Of a DNA stretch of 64,000 nt, positions 59,001 through 64,000 are shown one piece after another. The notes under the pieces are model-generated. The model was not told the DNA's origin. It did no database searches and saw only the letters and a list, made by a program, of their open reading frames with translations. Every line of letters starts with the position of its first letter. Positions within the stretch are counted from its first letter, which is position 1. A program made the position numbers and the translations under genes. The stretch is from a virus: the IMG/VR virus record IMGVR_UViG_3300025009_000052; one strand, given 5' to 3'.

Positions 59001-59262
59001 TGAAAGGTATGGCCATTTATTAAAACTTTCCCCCAATGAATTAGATCAACAACTAAAAAACGATCCTAATTTAGACCATCAATTGGCAGATTCTCATTGG
59101 CATAATTTACAGAGTGAGTTTGGAAACAAACCTGACCATATAGCCCATGCTTGGTATCAAAATCCAGAGAATACCAGACAGGAAAGCCAACTTAAGGGAG
59201 GTGATTCTAATTTTAATAATCACTTCTATGTGTCCAAAATCATTAAGAATCTTAAAAAATAG
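56020..59262 (+). CDS. large polyvalent protein: LPD1/zincin metallopeptidase + ART-like + Zn finger + lysozyme-like
   Basis: LGLAIGARG..AHYEP..INLT..GSLAHEWGH..ELFARAFE; HRG..SSWT..EQEYIV; CIICG; FGQY...AHAWY. Confidence 0.75.
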   Translation: MDKLQDLLEKIEEVIEQDLQKQHISDLFKGGKKANIGETRTWDGKDYIKTQDGWDYVAQGHEPKTNEQPKQPPEVQKPVSDIKTPHEVKSPEPQVSKPQEETEQTKEVVESPRQEISETSEEKQEEYVNARKSKVSNLGKDIKGSARHKRQYSSIKDMGTAEISDITVKNLLKQFPINLIDDVAKDNPIIPYVANQILNRFPASPKHEVQKEMYLETFEYVRNRVQELSKQKDLLFTDVISAIQKEIVAKIKENRASENYVRGSDDFLVPYVNKTLNFRKTKGSVGQDVEDLVNAFARTLPESDQDGLSVGYMLKETRQAAMAEFYTEEGVRKIKDLVEGKSLSKVFEIVSEGKKSKKFSVAEIYTQDAKRTGPDTKLTTEEDQANFIIKSCEMKGLQWGNSVTDEERKHHLKMSSEAFKDLADILDLPEKMISFNGRLGLAIGARGHGTALAHYEPKEIAINLTRSKGVGSLAHEWGHFLDNILSKTHGVNAHPENQFLSESAVWNMGDKSPVQESMKELVKSDAWKSFKDSTRDALNDLAKHGIKEKPSYWMSPKELFARAFEGYISYKLKSKDRENTYLSGGSEGLMWCTKEQKEKLAPYFDKFFEELKKSDHIKKAMDLENDLQKGSLQSKMGNPKKQLRPQETNTMINWVSEQQPRENIPEATNKAKQRFFHKLHSQTEVKKHPKTGERMFLMHRGTETDSDTHNTSLSSWTPNYNIANDFADSIDDDGTKSTVHSAWIPESAIHNYIPNSIDRDIKEYDELIPREQEYIVKPHNFLHANWQKLPNKEGLDRKINWKQRIYGKGGRLAAGENIENDLTKSKINADEEGEIIKKNKEKAEAKRKHKFKAAQWTHPNGHPRCIICGDEERIDGYCSPSLDKSQTKWHKRNGILQKSWRKAIATGAALSTMLVGAHNMGQNKEPGRQPSSVDQSQINQVKIAPDHGLKSDMLHNIKNNPIVENNVLPKGRFGQYSLSQNAIKSVFNKNQTLGERYGHLLKLSPNELDQQLKNDPNLDHQLADSHWHNLQSEFGNKPDHIAHAWYQNPENTRQESQLKGGDSNFNNHFYVSKIIKNLKK

Positions 59263-59297
59263 TTTGATTTGAATTAGCTTCTGTGGTAATATATAGT

Positions 59298-59780
59298 ATG
59301 GGATTTAAATATTTTTTAACCACCGCCTTATTATTAGTTACAATATGTACTTTTGGGGAAAACGATAACCCAAAACGAACCTACAGACAGATCTTAAAAA
59401 ATAAGCCCAATATAGATAAGAAATATGCGACTAAATTAGCTAAACTTATTGATAGACATAGCATAAAACATAAGATACCAGCCCATATCTATACCGCCAT
59501 ATTAATGCAAGAAAGTGGGTATAAATTGGGCGCTAAAAGGTGTATTAAGAAGTGTACTGATTTTGGGATTAGCCAAATTAACCATAGAACAGCGAAAAGC
59601 TACAACCTAGATAGGTCTAAATTACTGAAAGACTTAGACTATTCGATTTGGGCCGGTGCTATGGTGTTGGCAGATTTTAAAAGATACAAAAAAACTGAAA
59701 AGCGTTGGTGGTCAAGATATAATGCGTCAAGTAAACATAAAAGACTGGAGTATGAAAAACTAGTTAAAAGGTATTTTTAA
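59298..59780 (+). CDS. lytic transglycosylase (SLT) with signal peptide
   Basis: AILMQES, DFGISQIN, RYN; likely leaderless start at 59298. Confidence 0.9.
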   Translation: MGFKYFLTTALLLVTICTFGENDNPKRTYRQILKNKPNIDKKYATKLAKLIDRHSIKHKIPAHIYTAILMQESGYKLGAKRCIKKCTDFGISQINHRTAKSYNLDRSKLLKDLDYSIWAGAMVLADFKRYKKTEKRWWSRYNASSKHKRLEYEKLVKRYF

Positions 59781-60031
59781 TGAACAAAAAAGATCAAGCT
59801 ATTGTGGATAAAGCTATCTCTATGGATTGGGACGATCTTGCCCATTCTATTATTAAATTAGAAATAGAATCAGATAAGATACAGTCTGGTGAAATAGAAG
59901 GGAACTTAAAACTAATACTTAAAACAATTTATATTTATGAATCTGTTAAATATCACAGAATACTGGAAACTTCTGGCCAATGGAAAGTGCCTGAATTTGA
60001 GTTTCCTTATGGCGACGATTTCGACCTATAA
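59780..60031 (+). CDS. hypothetical protein
   Basis: Coupled to the SLT gene. Confidence 0.6.
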   Translation: MNKKDQAIVDKAISMDWDDLAHSIIKLEIESDKIQSGEIEGNLKLILKTIYIYESVKYHRILETSGQWKVPEFEFPYGDDFDL

Positions 60032-60064
60032 TCCTTAAGAATCAAATAAATACGGTTAAAAGAC

Positions 60065-60072
60065 AATCTTTA
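60065..60072 (+). promoter_or_regulatory. candidate late promoter AATCTTTA
   Basis: GACAATCTTTA, as at 42481 and 48773. Confidence 0.55.
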
Positions 60073-60089
60073 GCGTTAAGGAGATAATA

Positions 60090-60617
60090 ATGGATATTAA
60101 ACCAGCAGATATAGAAAAAATTGACGTTTTAGGTGAACTAAATGATGAAAACGTAAAAATCATAAAAACCTTTGGTGGCTATTTCCTAGCAGTTGGCAAT
60201 AAAAAGAAAGGTCAAAAAAGCCCCGAAGTATTGGCCGCAGGTAGTCATCCAGCCTTAGTATCTCATCAATTATGTAAGGAGTTTGAATCTTTTAAACCAG
60301 CCTTGCAGAAGTCAGAGCATACAAATACTATTGTTGAGGAGGTTACCTCTAAGCTTGACCCTACTATTGTAAATAAAGGATTTGAAGCTTTTATCTTATC
60401 TGAAAATAACAAAATTAACTTTATAGTTTCTAGGTTTAATTTGGATATTGTTAAGTACGAGGCTGAAATTAGCAATAACTGTTTATCTTTTTCTAAACAT
60501 AGTAGTAACGATATCGCTAAGAATTATCCCGAATTACAAAAAAACTTAGCATCCATTATGAACGATAAGTGTACGGAATTAAACATAAATAAGCTGGATT
60601 TAATTAAAGGCAAATAA
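60090..60617 (+). CDS. putative head-associated protein
   Basis: Late operon; internal LQKSE motif. Confidence 0.55.
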   Translation: MDIKPADIEKIDVLGELNDENVKIIKTFGGYFLAVGNKKKGQKSPEVLAAGSHPALVSHQLCKEFESFKPALQKSEHTNTIVEEVTSKLDPTIVNKGFEAFILSENNKINFIVSRFNLDIVKYEAEISNNCLSFSKHSSNDIAKNYPELQKNLASIMNDKCTELNINKLDLIKGK

Positions 60618-60618
60618 T

Positions 60619-60879
60619 ATGGCGGTTGATTTTAAAAAGATCTATGAACTTAGAGAGCAACTAAATGAGTTGCTAGAACAAAGACCTGAGATGAAATATT
60701 ATCAGGAATTTATTGATAAAGAATTGGAAAAAGCCGGTGATAATCCACATAATAGGTGTGCGGTTCTAGAAAACCTTCTAAGAGATAATCAAAAAAAGCT
60801 AAGAGAGGCCTGGCAAGAATTACAACATGATTGTAAAAAACTTAAAAAATTAGCAGATAGACTAAAAGAAGATGAGTAA
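60619..60879 (+). CDS. helical hypothetical protein
   Basis: 86 aa, in operon. Confidence 0.6.
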   Translation: MAVDFKKIYELREQLNELLEQRPEMKYYQEFIDKELEKAGDNPHNRCAVLENLLRDNQKKLREAWQELQHDCKKLKKLADRLKEDE

Positions 60880-61747
60880 GATTAACGTACTTCCAATCGA
60901 AATACCAGATATCGGCTTCACTTTTGAGGCTCAAGAGCAGTTTGCTACAGACAAGGGAATTTTACTTGAGCATTGGGTAGCTATACCTTCTCCTATTGGT
61001 TTAAAAGATAGGGGTGACTATCGAAGATCTGGCGAACTAGACGTTGTTTCTGAAAACGGGTTTATCTATAAAAAAGTAGGTGAATTTAAGGGTACTATTG
61101 TTAGTAATAGTAAACACAATACCAACACAGACGGTGGAATTTACGATAATTCAACGGCTAGATTAGTATTGCCTAAATATTATCAATGTCATATTAATGG
61201 CCCAGACAAAAAAGAAATATCTCTATTGCCTGGCGATCGTATTTATGCCAAAAATATAGAATTAAAAGTAGATAACTATCAAAGAGCTGAATATGGTGTT
61301 AAACATAATGACTATCTACAATTTCCAGCTAAATGTGTAAGTTACTTAATAGATTCTCAAAATATTGAGTACATATACAATGTCGATTTCACGACCGACC
61401 AGTATGGTAATATTCAGTGGATATCTGGTAATCGAAATCCAGGTATTGATATTTCTACAGGAAAAGGTAGGGTTTATTCTATTAGATATACATATTTAGC
61501 ATATTGGTATGTTTCCCAACTAATAAACGAAATTAGAGTTACTAATGATGGTGTAAATCCAGTTAGGCTCCCTTATCAATGTATGATTCAAAGAGAGTAT
61601 GTTTACCATAACGCAATTAGAAAGGCAACGGAAAATATCAATTCAACCAAAGAACAGCCGAAAAGTAGAACGCAAGTTAAACCGGACGATTCTTTAGATC
61701 CTAATAAATATGATGTAAAGGTTGATATGGGGCAGTTTGAGGAATAA
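60872..61747 (+). CDS. putative head-closure/neck protein
   Basis: L.PGDRI, YSIRY, P.Q..IQRE pattern in a late operon. Confidence 0.5.
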   Translation: MSKINVLPIEIPDIGFTFEAQEQFATDKGILLEHWVAIPSPIGLKDRGDYRRSGELDVVSENGFIYKKVGEFKGTIVSNSKHNTNTDGGIYDNSTARLVLPKYYQCHINGPDKKEISLLPGDRIYAKNIELKVDNYQRAEYGVKHNDYLQFPAKCVSYLIDSQNIEYIYNVDFTTDQYGNIQWISGNRNPGIDISTGKGRVYSIRYTYLAYWYVSQLINEIRVTNDGVNPVRLPYQCMIQREYVYHNAIRKATENINSTKEQPKSRTQVKPDDSLDPNKYDVKVDMGQFEE

Positions 61748-61751
61748 TACT

Positions 61752-61759
61752 AATCTTTA
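61752..61759 (+). promoter_or_regulatory. candidate late promoter AATCTTTA
   Basis: Intergenic, upstream of the 61791 operon. Confidence 0.55.
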
Positions 61760-61790
61760 GAATAGTAAAAATAATGGAGTTAACATAACT

Positions 61791-62207
61791 ATGAAGCTAA
61801 AAAACAGAAGAAAAGCCAACAATAATTATGACCCATCTAGTGTAGATTCAAATAGTTACAACGATGCTGCTGGGGCTAGAAAAACTATAGAAGTCGGCCA
61901 CCACCTAAAGCCTATTAAAACAGGGGCTACCACCTTTACTACTGACTGTTCTACAAAAACTAAAGTTGGGAAAGGCATTTCTCTAGCTATTTTTGGTGTA
62001 GCAGACGGAAGTGTAACTATTGGCGACTCAACTGTCGCTATATTAGCTACTGGGGTTACGGACGCCAATGGATTTGTAGGGATTCCAGTAATGGCGGAAC
62101 ATTGGATATACCTTAACACCTACACTTATGACTATATTATTACAAGCTCTGCCGATATTAAAGTTTTTATAATTGAAGACGATACTTATATAATAAATAC
62201 ACCATAA
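61791..62207 (+). CDS. putative virion protein
   Basis: Beta-rich, late operon. Confidence 0.55.
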   Translation: MKLKNRRKANNNYDPSSVDSNSYNDAAGARKTIEVGHHLKPIKTGATTFTTDCSTKTKVGKGISLAIFGVADGSVTIGDSTVAILATGVTDANGFVGIPVMAEHWIYLNTYTYDYIITSSADIKVFIIEDDTYIINTP

Positions 62208-63100
62208 TGAAAGAAAAAGAAAGAAATCTAATTAAAAGACTCTTAGGAGAGGATATCCTAGACAAATTGGAGAAATCTGAAATTTCTGGTGGTATTCTTA
62301 AGCTTAATACAAATACAGTTACCGACCCTAACGATATTAAAATAGCCTTACAAATCGTACCTAGATCTGTTTTAAGCTATCTGTTTATGAACTTAAAAGA
62401 TAAACAAATAGGCGATATTATTGATTTGGACTTGCCATTTGCTGAAGCTAAGCTACATATTAATAAACTATCTCCTGATAATTATAGTGGCGATTTAGTT
62501 AAAGAGGGTAAGAAAATAGCAGAATTTAAATATAGATCATTGCCATCTATTGGTTTGATCTTAATGTCCAGTTTGGAACTATATGATACTGATCAGCTTA
62601 ACAGATTGGGACCTGCCGACTATCAATCCGATAAGGCTGAAAGTTTACAAAATCTAATAGATGAAAGACTTAAGCTATACGATTTGGTTCATAGTGTTGT
62701 TGATAAGAAGATTTCAGAAAGAGAAGCTATAAAAGATTTAATTCATCAAAGGATTACTTCTGAGTTATTTAGACCTCAAATAACAATTGCTCCACAACCT
62801 GAAGAGCCAGAGCCTGATAAGAAAAGTAAGTTAAAACAATTCTTAGAAGATAGAGTAAATAGGGCTCCAGTAAAAGAAGAATCTATTGAAATGGACAAGA
62901 AAGAAATTAAATGTCCTGATTGTGGTGGGATTTTATGTAAGGGCGATGATAAGATAAGTCCCTGTATTTGCTTTGGTGAAAATATGGGTAAAGAGATAAA
63001 GGTAAAAAAAATAGAAAACGGTAGGGTAAAAATAAAATTCCCCAAAGATTTTGGTGCTGAAAATATTGAGATGTTACTTGAAGCTTTAAAAAATAAATAA
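62207..63100 (+). CDS. hypothetical protein with C-terminal zinc ribbon
   Basis: LEKSE near the N-terminus; CPDCG...CIC. Confidence 0.6.
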   Translation: MKEKERNLIKRLLGEDILDKLEKSEISGGILKLNTNTVTDPNDIKIALQIVPRSVLSYLFMNLKDKQIGDIIDLDLPFAEAKLHINKLSPDNYSGDLVKEGKKIAEFKYRSLPSIGLILMSSLELYDTDQLNRLGPADYQSDKAESLQNLIDERLKLYDLVHSVVDKKISEREAIKDLIHQRITSELFRPQITIAPQPEEPEPDKKSKLKQFLEDRVNRAPVKEESIEMDKKEIKCPDCGGILCKGDDKISPCICFGENMGKEIKVKKIENGRVKIKFPKDFGAENIEMLLEALKNK

Positions 63101-63110
63101 GGATCGATAT

Positions 63111-64000
63111 ATGGATAAAATTTATGTTAGTATTAATGGTGATAATATCGGTTCTGAACTTGGCCAAGCTATTGCTTCTGACGATCACGAAGGTCTGGGC
63201 AAATTATCCCAATCAATTAAAGATAACCATTCTGAAATAGACCAATGGGTTGAATCTAAACAAGGTCGAGTGATAGTGTCGTCTGGGGACGAATCAATAT
63301 TTGAGATTCCAATTGAAGCTGCTCAAGAATTAGAAGGAATTCGTGATAGATATAAAGAGATGTCTGGCCATAGTTTAACTATTGGCGTTGGTTCAACAAT
63401 GAGCGAGTCTTCCAAGGCTTTAATCTACGGTAAGATGAATGGAAAGAACCAAATTGTTGAGTATTCACCAGAAGTAGATAAATTTTTAGCAGAAAACAAT
63501 GTAGATGAAGATTCTGAAATTCCAGAAGATGAAAATATTCAGGAAAATGCAGATTCCTCAATTGAGGACGACTCCGATGTTCCAGAAGAGTCAGAAGATA
63601 GTGATTTAGAAGGTATACCTGAGGAAGATAATATTCCAGCAAGCGAAGAAGTCTCTGAAGAAGTCTCTGAAGAAGATATGTCCGAAGGTGATACTGTTCC
63701 AGAAGATGAAGTTAAGGAAACTGGTTTTGACGAGGAATCTACGGAACCAGAAATTGACAATATTGATGAGTCCACAGAAGGCGAAGAAATGCCTGAAGAG
63801 GATGTGTCCGAGGAAGGTGAAGAAAATTCAGAGGAAAATTTAGAAGATATATCTGAAGAAGCTCCAGAATTATCCGAAGATGACGAGAATTATTTCGATA
63901 TAAATCCAGACGAAATAGAAGAATTAAAACCCGAACACGTTGCTAATGGTGACTTAACATATCAAGGCGATCAACAAGAAAATTCAAAAGACGAAGAGGA
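63111..64000 (+). CDS. mCpol (minimal CRISPR polymerase/Cas10 palm-like) domain protein with long acidic region, partial
   Basis: Hand translation: MDKIYVSINGDNIG...GRVIVSSGDE...SLTIGVGSTMSESSKALIYGKMNGKN, then D/E-rich and open to the window end. Confidence 0.75.
   Translation, partial: MDKIYVSINGDNIGSELGQAIASDDHEGLGKLSQSIKDNHSEIDQWVESKQGRVIVSSGDESIFEIPIEAAQELEGIRDRYKEMSGHSLTIGVGSTMSESSKALIYGKMNGKNQIVEYSPEVDKFLAENNVDEDSEIPEDENIQENADSSIEDDSDVPEESEDSDLEGIPEEDNIPASEEVSEEVSEEDMSEGDTVPEDEVKETGFDEESTEPEIDNIDESTEGEEMPEEDVSEEGEENSEENLEDISEEAPELSEDDENYFDINPDEIEELKPEHVANGDLTYQGDQQENSKDEE

Noticed and set aside
4029-63775. Antisense ORFs in the track (e.g. 4029, 9697, 12465, 23924, 33473, 40657, 47676, 56298, 58272, 61856, 63539)
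   Set aside because: Shadows of well-supported genes on the opposite strand, with no RBS or recognisable motifs
63111-64000. Type III CRISPR Cas10
   Set aside because: Only one small palm-like domain; no HD domain, other cas genes or array in the window
1-64000. Stop-codon recoding, tRNA/rRNA genes, reverse transcriptase or DGR
   Set aside because: Genes are intact in code 11 using all three stops; no cloverleaf, rRNA or RT motifs recognised by eye (tRNAscan not run)

Overview
This window is a segment of a large, AT-rich, tailed dsDNA (probably jumbo) bacteriophage genome in the standard genetic code. The left ~42 kb is mostly minus-strand. It carries replication, recombination and transcription genes (gp32-like SSB, DnaE, DnaQ, RuvC, SbcC/SbcD, two SF2 helicases, a sigma factor), GroEL and a GroES-like protein, exported proteases and an M15 endolysin. 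It also holds the head-packaging module: MuF-like protein, portal, terminase with two inteins, major capsid protein and scaffold. The right ~21 kb is mostly plus-strand: prohead protease, NUDIX, an island of small early genes, neck proteins, free-standing endonucleases, large multidomain 'polyvalent' proteins, an SLT, and a truncated ORF missed by the ORF track. Most notable: (1) that truncated ORF starts with an mCpol (minimal CRISPR/Cas10-like polymerase) domain inside a virion gene cluster; (2) a recurring [LIM]-x-K-[SAGT] motif lies at domain boundaries of head proteins and effector-like polyproteins, suggesting protease-processed, virion-delivered effectors; (3) a sigma factor lacking region 4.2, a separate sigma4-like ORF and a candidate AATCTTTA late promoter; (4) many apparently leaderless genes; (5) a very acidic 59-aa ORF followed by a switchable terminator. 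All family calls come from motif recognition by eye. No database search was run. No CRISPR array, tRNA or rRNA was seen.
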